From the NCBI GenBank assembly GCA_963555825.3, contig CAUVXB020000002.1, positions 2,912,001 to 2,976,000 of the forward strand: 64,000 bases of DNA, in the 5' to 3' direction. This document shows positions 31,926 to 41,575 of this stretch, piece by piece. The first letter of the stretch is position 1. Each line of letters begins with the position of its first letter. Origin of the DNA: Alphaproteobacteria bacterium (GTDB lineage Bacteria; Pseudomonadota; Alphaproteobacteria; JAAXGF01). Made by a program: the position numbers and the translations under genes. Under the pieces are notes generated by a model. The model saw only the letters and a list, made by a program, of their open reading frames with translations. It was not told where the DNA came from and did no database searches.

Positions 31926-32651
31926 TCACGCGCCAATGACCGCCGGCCGCGCAGTGCGCCGCTCGGAGGTATGCTTGATCAGGACGGCGGCGCCGTTGAC
32001 CAGCGTGGTTATCGCGATCAGCACGATGCCGAGGCCGAGCGCCAGCGCCAGGTCGCCCTTCGAGACCTCGAGCGCGATCGCGGTGGTCATGACGCGCGTC
32101 ACGTGGTCGATGTTGCCGCCGACGATCATCACGGCGCCGACCTCGGCGCTGGCGCGGCCGAAGCCGGCGAGCACCGCAGTCACCAGGCTGAAGCGGCCGT
32201 CCCACAACAGCGTCCGGATGGCGCGCCCGGGCCCGCTGCCGAGCGAGCGCAGCTGCTCGGCGTACTCCTGCCACAGGTCCTCGACGACCTGGCGCGTCAG
32301 CGCGGCGATGATCGGCGTCACCAGCACGCACTGGGCGATGATCATCGCGGTCGGCGAGAACAGGAGGCCGAACACGCCGAACGGCCCCGAGCGCGACAGC
32401 ATCAGGTAGACGACGAGGCCGACGACGACCGGCGGCAGCCCCATCAGCGCATTCAAGACGACCACCAGCGCGCCCCGGCCGGCGAAGCGGAACAGCGCGA
32501 TCGCCGCGCCGAGCGGCAGGCCGATGAGCGCCGCCAAGCCGACCGCGGTCAGGCTGACGCGCAGACTGAGACCGACGATCTCGATGAGCTCGGTGTCGAA
32601 ACCGGCGATCATCATCGCCGCTGTGCCCAGCGCATCGACCAGTTCGTTCAC
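31926..32651 (-). CDS. tupB: Tungstate ABC transporter permease
   Basis: LMGLPPVVVGL, SRSGPFG, FGRASAEVGAVMIVGGNI, TRVMTTAI. Confidence 0.9.
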   Translation of the reverse strand: MNELVDALGTAAMMIAGFDTELIEIVGLSLRVSLTAVGLAALIGLPLGAAIALFRFAGRGALVVVLNALMGLPPVVVGLVVYLMLSRSGPFGVFGLLFSPTAMIIAQCVLVTPIIAALTRQVVEDLWQEYAEQLRSLGSGPGRAIRTLLWDGRFSLVTAVLAGFGRASAEVGAVMIVGGNIDHVTRVMTTAIALEVSKGDLALALGLGIVLIAITTLVNGAAVLIKHTSERRTARPAVIGA

Positions 32652-32724
32652 GCGTCACCTCTCCCGTTGTCCGCAAAAATACGTGAATTTAGGATTAATT
32701 TACTATATTTCGTAATAATAGAGA

Positions 32725-32753
32725 AAATTTGCACCTCTTCAGCGAATTGTCAA
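32725..32753 (-). promoter_or_regulatory. Sigma70-type promoter of tup operon
   Basis: TTGACA-N17-AAATTT on minus strand, TGC just upstream of -10, in an AT-rich patch. Confidence 0.55.
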
Positions 32754-32770
32754 GATTTTCCCAGCAAACA

Positions 32771-32795
32771 AAACGGCGGCCCGGGGGCCGCCGTC
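32771..32795 (-). terminator. Rho-independent terminator after PepSY-like gene
   Basis: ACGGCGGCCC-g-GGGGCCGCCGT hairpin followed by T-run on minus strand. Confidence 0.7.
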
Positions 32796-32826
32796 GAGGT
32801 CGGGAGAGTGTCGCGGTTGTGGCGGT

Positions 32827-33342
32827 TCAGCCGCGGTAGCGCCAGGCGACGATGCGGCCGCTATAGGGGTCGACCCGGAGCTTCACCTTGCGGCCGTAGT
32901 GGTCGCGCGCCCAGACTTTGTAAAACCCGTGCGAAAAGCGGATCCGCTTGACGTGCAAGAAGTGCTGCCGCTTGAGGCGCCGGACCACCTTTTTCTTTGA
33001 GAGTTTCGGCGCGTGATAGCCGTAATTGTTGTAACCGTATTTTTGATATCCGAAATTTTGCAGACCGAAGCCGAACTTGGGCAGGCCGTAACGGTTGTCC
33101 CGGCGGGAGCTGCGTCGGTCGTAATAGCGCCCGAAATAGGGCTTCTTGTACCTGTAACCGTGATTGTAGCCGTATGTGTTGCCGTATTTGTAACCGTGGC
33201 TGTACCCCGACCCGCCGTACTGTTTCGGCGTTTTGTGCGAGGTCGTCGAATAGCTGAACGAGAACGAATCGGCCATGGCGGGGGCCGTGGACAGGCCGAA
33301 TGCGACGGCGGCCGCGGCGGCGATCAGTGTGAAGGTCCTCAT
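32827..33342 (-). CDS. Secreted protein: Tyr/Gly-rich low-complexity region + PepSY-like C-terminal domain
   Basis: Signal peptide ..APAMA; GY repeats; YKVWARDHYGRKVKLRVDPYSGRIV. Confidence 0.75.
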   Translation of the reverse strand: MRTFTLIAAAAAVAFGLSTAPAMADSFSFSYSTTSHKTPKQYGGSGYSHGYKYGNTYGYNHGYRYKKPYFGRYYDRRSSRRDNRYGLPKFGFGLQNFGYQKYGYNNYGYHAPKLSKKKVVRRLKRQHFLHVKRIRFSHGFYKVWARDHYGRKVKLRVDPYSGRIVAWRYRG

Positions 33343-33402
33343 GACAAGCCTCCGTTCAAGGGGCGATCGGCGATCGATAGACGCGACCCTAGCAGACGCG
33401 CC

Positions 33403-33440
33403 CTGAGTGCAGCCTGAACGCACCGTTCATCGGCGGTTAA
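33403..33440. promoter_or_regulatory. Putative response-regulator binding array upstream of PepSY-like gene
   Basis: CTGAG/CTGAAC/GTTCAT/GTTAA half-sites at 11-bp spacing. Confidence 0.45.
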
Positions 33441-33508
33441 CTTCTATATTGGGCGCCGCGCGCCTTTTCGCCAGCGGAACCGCGGTTTAGTGCGGGTTTC
33501 CCGTGCCG

Positions 33509-36274
33509 CTATTCGGCGGCTTGCGCGGTGGCCTTCTCGACCCGGGCGGCGCAGAATTTGAACTCGGGGATCTTGCCGAACGGGTCGAGCGCGGCGTTGG
33601 TCAGCATGTTGGCCGCCGCGTCGGCAAAGCAGAACGGGATGAAGATCATGCCGGTCGGCACCTTGCCGTCGCGCCGCGCCGTTATCTCGATGACGCCGCG
33701 ACGGGTGGCGACGCGCACCAGCTCGCCGGGCTCGACGCCGAGATGGCTGAGGTCGGTTGGCGAGAGGCACGCCACCGCCTCGGGCTCGATGGTGTCGAGC
33801 ACGCTGGCGCGGCGCGTCATCGCGCCGGTGTGCCAATGTTCGAGCAGGCGGCCGGTGGTCAGCACCATGGGGTATTCGTCGTCGGGCTGCTCGTCGGGCG
33901 GGATGACCTTCGCCGGCACCATCTTGCCGCGCGTCGAGGGCGTCGGGAAGCCGTCGCCGAACAGCACGTCGTGGCCCGGCACGTCCTCGGAATCGCAAGG
34001 GTAGGTGACTGCGCTTTCGGCCAGCAGCCGCTGCCAGCTGATGCCCTTGAGCGAGGCCATGCATCGCTGCATCTCGGCGAAGACGTCGGCGGGTCCGTCA
34101 TAGTTCCAGTCCAGCCCGATGCGGCGCGCGATCTCCTGGATGATCCACCAGTCCTGACGCGCGTCGCCCGGCAGCTCGAGCGCCTGGCGGCCCATCTGGA
34201 TCTGGCGGTTGGAGTTGGTCACCGTGCCGTCCTTCTCGGGCCAGGCCGAGGCCGGCAAGATAACGTCGGCGTGGAACGCGGTCTCGGTCAGGAAGAGGTC
34301 CTGCACGACCAGATGCTCGAGCATGGCGAGCCCGTCGCGCGCATGCTGCACGTTGGGGTCCGACATCGCCGGGTTCTCGCCCATGACGTACATGCCCTTG
34401 ATCACGCCGGCGTGCACCGCGTCCATGATCTCGACCACGGTCAGGCCCCGCTTGGAGTCGAGCTTGGCGCCCCAGAATTCCTCGTATTCGGCCTGGATGG
34501 CCGGGTCCTCGACCGAACGGTAGTCGGGGTAGAACATCGGGATGAGGGCGACGTCGGAGGCGCCCTGCACGTTGTTCTGGCCGCGCAAGGGGTGCAGCCC
34601 GGTGCCCGGCCGGCCGACCTGGCCGGTCATCAGCGAGAGCGCGATCAGACAGCGCGCGTTATCGGTGCCGTGGATGCTCTGCGAGATGCCCATGCCCCAG
34701 AAGATGATCGCCGCCTCGGCGCGCGCGTAGGTCCGCGCCACCGTGCGAATGGTCGCCGCGTCGACACCACAGATCGGCGCCATCGCCTCGGGCGTGTACG
34801 CCACGAGGTGCGCCTTCATCGCCTCGAAGCCCTCGGTGTAGGCCTCGACGTACTGGCGGTCGTAGAGCTCTTCGGCGACGATGACGTTCATCATCGCGTT
34901 CAGCAGAGCGACGTCCGAGCCCGGCTTGAAGCGCAGCATGTGGGTCGCGTACTTCTTTAGCGCGTGGCCGCGCGGGTCGCAGACGATCAGCGTGGCGCCG
35001 TCCTTGGCCGCGTTCTTGAAGAAGGTCGCGGCGACCGGATGGTTCTCGCTCGGGTTGGCGCCGATGACGATGATGACGTCGGCCTTGAGCGCGTCGGTGA
35101 ACGGCGCCGTCACCGCGCCCGAGCCGATCGTCTCCAAGAGTGCGACGACCGACGAGGCGTGACACAGCCGCGTGCAGTGGTCGACGTTGTTGGTGCCGAA
35201 GCCGGCGCGCACCAGCTTCTGCACCAGATAGGCTTCTTCGTTCGACCCCTTGGCCGAGCCGAAGCCGGCGAGCCCCTTGCCGCCGTCGCGATCGCGGATG
35301 TGCGCCAGGCCCGCGGCGGCGAAATCGAGCGCCTCGTCCCAGCTCGCCTCGCGGAAGTGGCTGTAGGGATTGGCCGGATCGATGTCGTCGTAGGCGTCCT
35401 TCGGCATGCCCTCCTTGCGGATCAGCGGCGTCGTCAGGCGGTGCGGGTGCTTGATGTAGTCGAAGCCGAAGCGGCCCTTGACGCACAGCCGGCCACGGTT
35501 GCCCGGTCCCTCGCGGCCCTCGACGTGGAGGATGTCGTTGCCCTTGATGTTGTAAGTAATCTGGCAGCCGACGCCGCAGTAGGGGCAGACGCTGTCGACC
35601 TGGCGGTCGGCATAGCCGGTGCGCAGGCCGGCCGCGTCCAACAGCGTCGCCGGCATCAGCGCGCCGGTCGGGCAGGCCTGGACGCACTCGCCGCAGGCGA
35701 CGCAGGTCGAGATGCCCATCGGATCGTCGAAGTCGAAGACGATCTTGCTCTGGTGCCCACGATACGCCATGCCGATGACGTCGTTGACCTGCACCTCGCG
35801 GCAGGCGCGCACGCAGCGCGTACAGTGGATGCAGGCATCCAGGTTGACCGCCATCGCCGGGTGGCTCGGGTCGGCCGGCGGCGCGGCGCGCGCCGGAAAG
35901 CGGCTCGCGAGCTGGCCCATCTGGTCGGCCCAGTGCCACAGCTCGGATTGCGGGTCGTGGGCGCTCTCCTTGGCCGGCTGATCGGCGAGCAGCAGCTCCA
36001 TCACCATCTTGCGCGCGGTGCCGGCGCGCTCGGTCGCGGTGTTGACGACCATGTCCGGCGTCGGCGTGCGGATGCACGAGGCGGCGAGCACGCGCTCGCC
36101 CTCGATCTCGACCATGCAGACCCGGCAGTTGCCGTCCGCCCGATAGCTCGTCGCGGGCGAATAGCAGAGGTGCGGGATGTCGATCCCTTCGCGCTCGGCG
36201 ACCTGCCAGATCGTCTCACCGGGTTCCGCCGACACCGCCTTGTCGTCGAGGGTGAAGTCGATGCTGTCGGTCAT
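33509..36274 (-). CDS. NAD-linked formate dehydrogenase alpha subunit (Cys-type, probably W-bis-MGD)
   Basis: N-terminal 2Fe-2S and 4Fe-4S motifs; CPYCGVGC, NNVDHCTRLCHASS, LRGQNNVQG. Confidence 0.93.
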   Translation of the reverse strand: MTDSIDFTLDDKAVSAEPGETIWQVAEREGIDIPHLCYSPATSYRADGNCRVCMVEIEGERVLAASCIRTPTPDMVVNTATERAGTARKMVMELLLADQPAKESAHDPQSELWHWADQMGQLASRFPARAAPPADPSHPAMAVNLDACIHCTRCVRACREVQVNDVIGMAYRGHQSKIVFDFDDPMGISTCVACGECVQACPTGALMPATLLDAAGLRTGYADRQVDSVCPYCGVGCQITYNIKGNDILHVEGREGPGNRGRLCVKGRFGFDYIKHPHRLTTPLIRKEGMPKDAYDDIDPANPYSHFREASWDEALDFAAAGLAHIRDRDGGKGLAGFGSAKGSNEEAYLVQKLVRAGFGTNNVDHCTRLCHASSVVALLETIGSGAVTAPFTDALKADVIIVIGANPSENHPVAATFFKNAAKDGATLIVCDPRGHALKKYATHMLRFKPGSDVALLNAMMNVIVAEELYDRQYVEAYTEGFEAMKAHLVAYTPEAMAPICGVDAATIRTVARTYARAEAAIIFWGMGISQSIHGTDNARCLIALSLMTGQVGRPGTGLHPLRGQNNVQGASDVALIPMFYPDYRSVEDPAIQAEYEEFWGAKLDSKRGLTVVEIMDAVHAGVIKGMYVMGENPAMSDPNVQHARDGLAMLEHLVVQDLFLTETAFHADVILPASAWPEKDGTVTNSNRQIQMGRQALELPGDARQDWWIIQEIARRIGLDWNYDGPADVFAEMQRCMASLKGISWQRLLAESAVTYPCDSEDVPGHDVLFGDGFPTPSTRGKMVPAKVIPPDEQPDDEYPMVLTTGRLLEHWHTGAMTRRASVLDTIEPEAVACLSPTDLSHLGVEPGELVRVATRRGVIEITARRDGKVPTGMIFIPFCFADAAANMLTNAALDPFGKIPEFKFCAARVEKATAQAAE

Positions 36275-37974
36275 CGCAGGTCCTCCGGAAAGTGCTTGAG
36301 CACCATGAGCAGCGGATTGGGCGCGGCTTGGCCGAGGCCGCAGATCGAGGCGTCCATCATCGCGCTTGTCAGTTCCTCGAGCAACGGCGCGTCCCAGCTC
36401 GGCTGGTCCATCAGCACGACCGCTTTCTCGCAGCCGACGCGGCACGGCGTGCACTGGCCGCAGCTTTCATCCTCGAAGAAGCGTAACAGATTTAACGCGG
36501 CATCGCGCGCGCTGTCGACCTGGGACAGCACGATGACGGCGGCCGAGCCGATGAAACAGCCGTGCTCCTGAAGCGTGTCGAAGTCGAGCGGCACGTCGTC
36601 GAGCGAGGCGGGCAGGATGCCGCCCGAGGCGCCCCCCGGGAGATAGCCCTTGAAATCGTGGCCGTCGGCCATGCCGCCGCAAAATTCGTCGATCAGCTCG
36701 CGGATCGTGATGCCGGCGGGCGCCAGCTTGACGCCGGGTTGCTTGACGCGGCCCGAGACCGAGAAACTGCGCAGACCCTTGCGGCCGTTGCGGCCGTGGC
36801 CGGTGAACCAATCGGCGCCCTTCTCGACGATATCGCGCACCCAGTGGAGCGTCTCGACATTGTGGATCAGCGACGGCCGGCCGAACAGGCCGACCTGGGT
36901 CGGGAAGGGCGGGCGGTGGCGCGGCATGCCGCGCTTGCCCTCGATGCTCTCCATCATGGCGCCTTCTTCACCGCAGATATAGGCGCCGGCGCCGCGCCTG
37001 AGATGGATGGTGGCGATGGCGCCGAAGCCGGCCGCCTCGACGCGCGCGATCTCGCGCTTGAGCACGTCGCGCACACCGGGGTATTCGTCGCGCAGGTAGA
37101 TGTAGGTGTCGTCCGCCCCGACCGTCCAGCAGGCGATCAGCATGCCCTCGAGGAAGCGATGCGGATCGCTCTCCATGTAGACGCGGTCCTTGAAGGTACC
37201 GGGCTCGCCCTCGTCGGCGTTCACCGCGACCAGGCGCGGCGCCGGCTCCTGGCGCACGAAGCGCCACTTCTGGCCGGCCGGGAAGCCCGCGCCGCCGAGC
37301 CCGCGCAGGCCCGAATCGGTGAGCGCGGCGATGATCTCATCGGCCGTGCGCTCGCCCGCCAGGCAGGCGCGCAGCAAGCGATAGCCGCCATCCGCGACAT
37401 AGGCGTCGAAATCGACGTAGGGCGGGATTTCCGGCTCGTGCGCGCCGCCCTCGACGACCGCCGCGATCTTGTCGACGTCGGCGTCGACGACGTGGCGATG
37501 GCCGACTTCGGCGACCGGCGCGCATTCGCAGCGTCCCATGCAGGGCGCGCGCACGACGCGGATGTTTTCACCGAGCCGCGCGGGCAGCGCCGCGAGCAGT
37601 GCCTGGGCGCCCATCATTTCGCAACTCAGGCTGTCGCAGACGCGGACCGTGAGCGCCGGCGGCGGCGTCTCGCCCTCGGCGACGATGTCGAAATGGGCGT
37701 AGAAGGTCGCGACCTCGAAGACCTCGGCCATGGGCACGCGCATCTCCTCGGCGAGCGCCGCCAGATGGCCCGCCGAGAGGTGATGGTAGTGGTCCTGAAT
37801 CAGGTGAAGATGCTCGATCAAGAGGTCGCGGCGGCGCGGCGCATCGCCGAGCAGCGCGCGGACCTCGAAAAGCGCCGTCTCGTCGACCTGGCGGCCGCGA
37901 TTGGCGGCCCGCGCCTTGCCCTTCCTCGCGCCCGGATGGCTATATTTGTGCAGTTCCGGTGTGGCGTCCGACAT
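36271..37974 (-). CDS. Formate dehydrogenase beta subunit (fused NuoE/NuoF-like diaphorase)
   Basis: VATFY, CDSLSC, LRGLGGAGFP, NADEGEPGTFKDR, GAYICGEE, ESCGQCTPCR. Confidence 0.92.
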   Translation of the reverse strand: MSDATPELHKYSHPGARKGKARAANRGRQVDETALFEVRALLGDAPRRRDLLIEHLHLIQDHYHHLSAGHLAALAEEMRVPMAEVFEVATFYAHFDIVAEGETPPPALTVRVCDSLSCEMMGAQALLAALPARLGENIRVVRAPCMGRCECAPVAEVGHRHVVDADVDKIAAVVEGGAHEPEIPPYVDFDAYVADGGYRLLRACLAGERTADEIIAALTDSGLRGLGGAGFPAGQKWRFVRQEPAPRLVAVNADEGEPGTFKDRVYMESDPHRFLEGMLIACWTVGADDTYIYLRDEYPGVRDVLKREIARVEAAGFGAIATIHLRRGAGAYICGEEGAMMESIEGKRGMPRHRPPFPTQVGLFGRPSLIHNVETLHWVRDIVEKGADWFTGHGRNGRKGLRSFSVSGRVKQPGVKLAPAGITIRELIDEFCGGMADGHDFKGYLPGGASGGILPASLDDVPLDFDTLQEHGCFIGSAAVIVLSQVDSARDAALNLLRFFEDESCGQCTPCRVGCEKAVVLMDQPSWDAPLLEELTSAMMDASICGLGQAAPNPLLMVLKHFPEDLR

Positions 37975-38016
37975 CGACCCTCGCCCTTGAACAAAGCCCT
38001 GATTTCTCCGGCCCGG

Positions 38017-38045
38017 AACTTTGCAGTTTCGCGTGACTTTGTAAA
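38017..38045 (-). promoter_or_regulatory. Sigma70-type promoter of fdh operon
   Basis: TTTACA-N17-AAAGTT on minus strand, TGC before -10; same layout as tup promoter. Confidence 0.5.
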
Positions 38046-38093
38046 CTCCGGAGGCCCGTTCCACCCGGGTCGTTGCGCGCGAATACCGGCGCA

Positions 38094-38276
38094 CTAGTCC
38101 AAAGTGTCGGGGTCGACGACGTCGAGCGTAACGACGGCGGCATTGATCAGGCGCTTGCCGACATGGTCGAAATTGACCGTCACCCGGTGGCCATCGACCG
38201 ATTGCACCTGCCCGGTGCCCCAGTCGGGCTGTGCCGGGTGACGCACGTACGCGCCGGGAACGATAGTACCTTTCAT
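38094..38276 (-). CDS. DUF3553 domain protein
   Basis: PGAYVRHPAQPDWGTGQVQS..VTVNF..GK. Confidence 0.85.
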   Translation of the reverse strand: MKGTIVPGAYVRHPAQPDWGTGQVQSVDGHRVTVNFDHVGKRLINAAVVTLDVVDPDTLD

Positions 38277-38435
38277 GACGCGTCATGATACAGGCCGCGC
38301 ACGGCGCTGTCCGCTTGGCGTAACAAATTCACAATAGTTTGGCTTGCGATTGGGCGGCGAGGTCCATATAAATGCTGCCCGTCAAACCCGGCAACGGGTT
38401 CGATCGAAGTGGTGGTTCGTCTTGGGGAGACATTG

Positions 38436-38852
38436 ATGGCGGCTGCATTGCCTCGAGAGTACCGGCCGTCGAAGGACGAGCCGTTCATGAATCCGCGACA
38501 GCTCGACTACTTTCGCCTAAAACTTCTGGCGTGGCGCGAGGAACTGCTTGCCGATTCGTCGCAGACACTCCAGCACCTTCAGCAGGAAACGGCGCAGGAA
38601 TCCGATTTCGCGGACCGCGCGTCGACCGAGACCGACCGCTCGATCGAGCTTCGCACGCGCGACCGCGAACGCAAGCTGATCTCGAAGATCGACGCGGCGC
38701 TCCGGCGCATCGAGGACGGCGGCTACGGTTTCTGCGAAACGACGGGCGAGCCGATCACCCTGAACCGGCTCGAGGCGCGGCCGATCGCAACGATGAGTAT
38801 CGACGCGCAAGAGCGCCACGAACGGCGCGAGAAGGTCTATCGCGACGATTGA
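38436..38852 (+). CDS. dksA: RNA polymerase-binding protein DksA (single-Cys alphaproteobacterial type)
   Basis: YRPSKDEPFMN, DFADRAS, RTRDRERKLISKID, GFCETTGEPI, RLEARP. Confidence 0.95.
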   Translation: MAAALPREYRPSKDEPFMNPRQLDYFRLKLLAWREELLADSSQTLQHLQQETAQESDFADRASTETDRSIELRTRDRERKLISKIDAALRRIEDGGYGFCETTGEPITLNRLEARPIATMSIDAQERHERREKVYRDD

Positions 38853-38940
38853 CTGAGGCCCGGATCACGGCGCTGGCCGGCCATCGGCTCGCGGCGTACG
38901 GTCGCGGCGCCTGATCCTTGGTATTTGGCCAAAATGCCGA

Positions 38941-38964
38941 ACGGCGGCCCCATGGGGCCGCCGT
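38941..38964. terminator. Hairpin terminator between convergent dksA and DUF1127 genes
   Basis: ACGGCGGCCCC-at-GGGGCCGCCGT. Confidence 0.65.
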
Positions 38965-38993
38965 CCTGCGTTTGGCGTATCGTTTGGCGTGAT

Positions 38994-39137
38994 CTAGCGG
39001 TGGCCGCGGACCGTGTTGGCGATGTTGCCGCGTACCATGCCGATGTCGTTCAACGCGCGATCATCCAACCGATTGAGCTGGGCGATCGTCTTGTTGCGGC
39101 GGTGCCAATTGGAGAGCGACTTGAAAACGTTGTTCAT
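38994..39137 (-). CDS. DUF1127 small protein
   Basis: WHRRNKTIAQLNRLDDRALNDIGMVR; SD GAGGAG. Confidence 0.85.
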   Translation of the reverse strand: MNNVFKSLSNWHRRNKTIAQLNRLDDRALNDIGMVRGNIANTVRGHR

Positions 39138-39400
39138 GGCTTTAGTCTCCTCTAACCACGTCCGTGGCAAAGCAGGATGAGGGGGTTCAGGGCGGCCTCG
39201 ATGTTGCCCGGACGGGGCGCGACCGCAGGCACCTGTTTCTTCGACGAGAAGTATTTCCGGAGCAGCATCGTTAAACCCTTTTCGAATAGCGTTGTGCGTT
39301 GCGTCAAATGTGGGCAATCAAGGAATGATTACAAATACCGCAATTGCAGTCCTGACATGACATATTTGCATAGCTCTCCGTTCCTTTGTGCAGTGCAACA

Positions 39401-39667
39401 ATGATGGTCTACGGCCTGTTCGGAATCACCCATGGCTGGGCACGCGTGCTGACCCTGATGAGCGCCGATGGCGACAGCGCCGTGCGCGCCCGCGTCGGGT
39501 CCGCCGACGGCGTCGAGGTCGACCATGACGCGGGCCGGTTGACCCAGTATCACGAGAGACGCAACGGGGCGCTCGACCGGATCGTCGAGCGCCACGACGT
39601 CGTCGTCCTCGACAACGCCGCGTGGAACGCCAAGAAACGCGCGTTGGGGACGGCGATCCTTCGCTAG
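39401..39667 (+). CDS. Hypothetical protein or gene remnant
   Basis: Host-like codon usage in 3' part; no motif recognised. Confidence 0.35.
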   Translation: MMVYGLFGITHGWARVLTLMSADGDSAVRARVGSADGVEVDHDAGRLTQYHERRNGALDRIVERHDVVVLDNAAWNAKKRALGTAILR

Positions 39668-39738
39668 CGGCTTTCGTGCATCATCCGACGTAACTATGCT
39701 GGCCGGCGATCGACGCCGGCCCAGGAACCCACCGCGCC

Positions 39739-40653
39739 ATGTTCTCGGCACTGCTCATCGGCTCCGGCCGCAACGCCAAGCTCGCCGTCTTTCTCGGCGG
39801 CGCGTTGTGGGGCCTGTTCTGGATTCCGCTGCGCGCGCTGGACGAGGCCGGTGTGACCGGCGCCTGGGCGACGCTCGCCTACTTCCTGGGCCCCGCGATA
39901 TTGTGGCTGCCGCTGGTTAGCGGGCGTTGGCGGCGGCTCGTCGCCGGCGGGCGAGGGCTCGCGCTGACCTGCGCGATCGCGGCGGTCTCGATGGTCTGCT
40001 ACGCCAACGCGCTGATTTTCACCGAGGTCGTGCGCGCCGTGCTGCTCTACTACCTGACCCCGGTGTGGTCGACGCTCTTGGCCCGCGTCTTCCTTGGCGA
40101 GTTGATCACGCCGGTGCGCTTCGTCTCGATCGCGCTCGGCTTCGCCGGGCTGTTCGTCATCCTGGGCATCGATGAGGGGCTGCCGCTGCCGCGCAATCTG
40201 GGTGACTGGCTGGCGCTCGGCGCCGGCGTCGGCTGGGCGATCACCGCGGTGCGGCTGCGCGCCGACAAGCTCAACGAGGCCGAGGAGATCACCTTTCTCT
40301 ATTTCGTGCTCGGCAGCGTCGCGGCGTTCGCCGCCTGCGCATTGCCCGACGGCCGCACCGGCCCGGTCCCCGACCTCGATACCGTCGTCGGCGTCCTGCC
40401 CTGGCTCGTCCCCGTCTTGGTCGTCCTGATCGTTCCGTCGAGCTTCCTGGTGATGTGGGGCGCGCGGCTGCTCAACCCGGGGCTGGTCGGTGTCCTGTTC
40501 ATGTCAGAGATCTCGGTCGGCGCCGGCTCGGCCGCGATTCTCGCCGGCGAGCCGTTCGGCGCGCGCGAGATCACCGGCGTCGTGCTGATCTCCGCGGCCG
40601 GCCTGCTCGACGCCCTGTGGCACGCGAAAAACGGGCCACCGGTGCGCGGTTGA
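39739..40653 (+). CDS. DMT/EamA family transporter
   Basis: ~10 TM segments; LWGLFWIPLR, LYYLTPVWSTLL, LGE. Confidence 0.85.
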   Translation: MFSALLIGSGRNAKLAVFLGGALWGLFWIPLRALDEAGVTGAWATLAYFLGPAILWLPLVSGRWRRLVAGGRGLALTCAIAAVSMVCYANALIFTEVVRAVLLYYLTPVWSTLLARVFLGELITPVRFVSIALGFAGLFVILGIDEGLPLPRNLGDWLALGAGVGWAITAVRLRADKLNEAEEITFLYFVLGSVAAFAACALPDGRTGPVPDLDTVVGVLPWLVPVLVVLIVPSSFLVMWGARLLNPGLVGVLFMSEISVGAGSAAILAGEPFGAREITGVVLISAAGLLDALWHAKNGPPVRG

Positions 40654-40708
40654 TCAGCGCCCGACGATGAAATCGGCATCGATGTGCGTGAGACGGTGAT
40701 ACACGCGC

Positions 40709-41434
40709 TTAGCGTTCCAACATGTCCGGGTCTATCTCGAGAGCGCGTTCGAGGTCGGCGTTTCCACGCGCGGTGTCGCCGATCTCGAAATACACCGATG
40801 CACGATATGTATAGAATTCCGCATCATTGGGGTTGAGGTCGATTGCGCGGCTGTATTCGCTGATCGCAATGCCGTACTTACCGATCTTTGTATACGCGTT
40901 CGCACGATGGACATAAAAACGTGTGTCATTTGGGTCGAGCAGAATCGCCTGATCGTAATTGGCAATTGCCTCGACGAATTGCGCCAGTTCGAATTCGGCG
41001 AGTCCCCGAAGGAAGTAGGGGGTTGCGGCGGACGGACCGAGTTCGATTGCGCGATCAAAATCGTTGACGGCCAGTGTCCGAAAACCCGCTTTCAAGAGCG
41101 TAGTCCCGCGGTTCACGTAACTATTTGGATCGTTGGGCTCGATCTCGATGGCTCGGTTTAAGTCCTCGATCGCATTCCGGGACTGCCCATTCAGTTCGTG
41201 CGAACTTGCTCGGGCGCTCAACACTAACACAAGCTCGTCATCGTCCAAGTCAGCTTCATCGATACAACGGGTAAGGTACTCGATCGCCTTGTCAAATGCG
41301 GCCTTCTTCATGGCGACACCACCAAGGGCGCAATAGTCACGCGGGCCAGCCTGAGCCAGGAAGGAGAACCCGAGTAGAACGGCTAGCGCCAAGGCCAGTG
41401 TCAAGAAGGGAACAGTCGTTGCTTCATTTCGCAT
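40709..41434 (-). CDS. Secreted tetratricopeptide-repeat protein
   Basis: Signal/TM segment then repeated AI.DxxxAI.L.P units; lower GC than neighbours. Confidence 0.85.
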   Translation of the reverse strand: MRNEATTVPFLTLALALAVLLGFSFLAQAGPRDYCALGGVAMKKAAFDKAIEYLTRCIDEADLDDDELVLVLSARASSHELNGQSRNAIEDLNRAIEIEPNDPNSYVNRGTTLLKAGFRTLAVNDFDRAIELGPSAATPYFLRGLAEFELAQFVEAIANYDQAILLDPNDTRFYVHRANAYTKIGKYGIAISEYSRAIDLNPNDAEFYTYRASVYFEIGDTARGNADLERALEIDPDMLER

Positions 41435-41575
41435 TTTCGCCCAGCATGTAATTGACGAGATGTGGTATCGCGCTGCACTCGACGATTGTACGCGAATCAC
41501 AATTCTTTCGCGAGACTGACGTCGGGCACCGCTCGAGGATTGGTTGCTGCTGCGCGCGGTCGACGACGTTCGCGG

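Noticed and set aside
33509-36274. Selenocysteine in formate dehydrogenase
   Set aside because: Active site reads RLCHASS with Cys; no in-frame TGA.
38436-38852. DksA lacking the four-Cys zinc finger as a novelty
   Set aside because: Zinc-free DksA is already known in alphaproteobacteria.
40654-41575. Lower-GC TPR gene as another hairpin-bounded cassette
   Set aside because: No copy of either repeat family found in its flanks.
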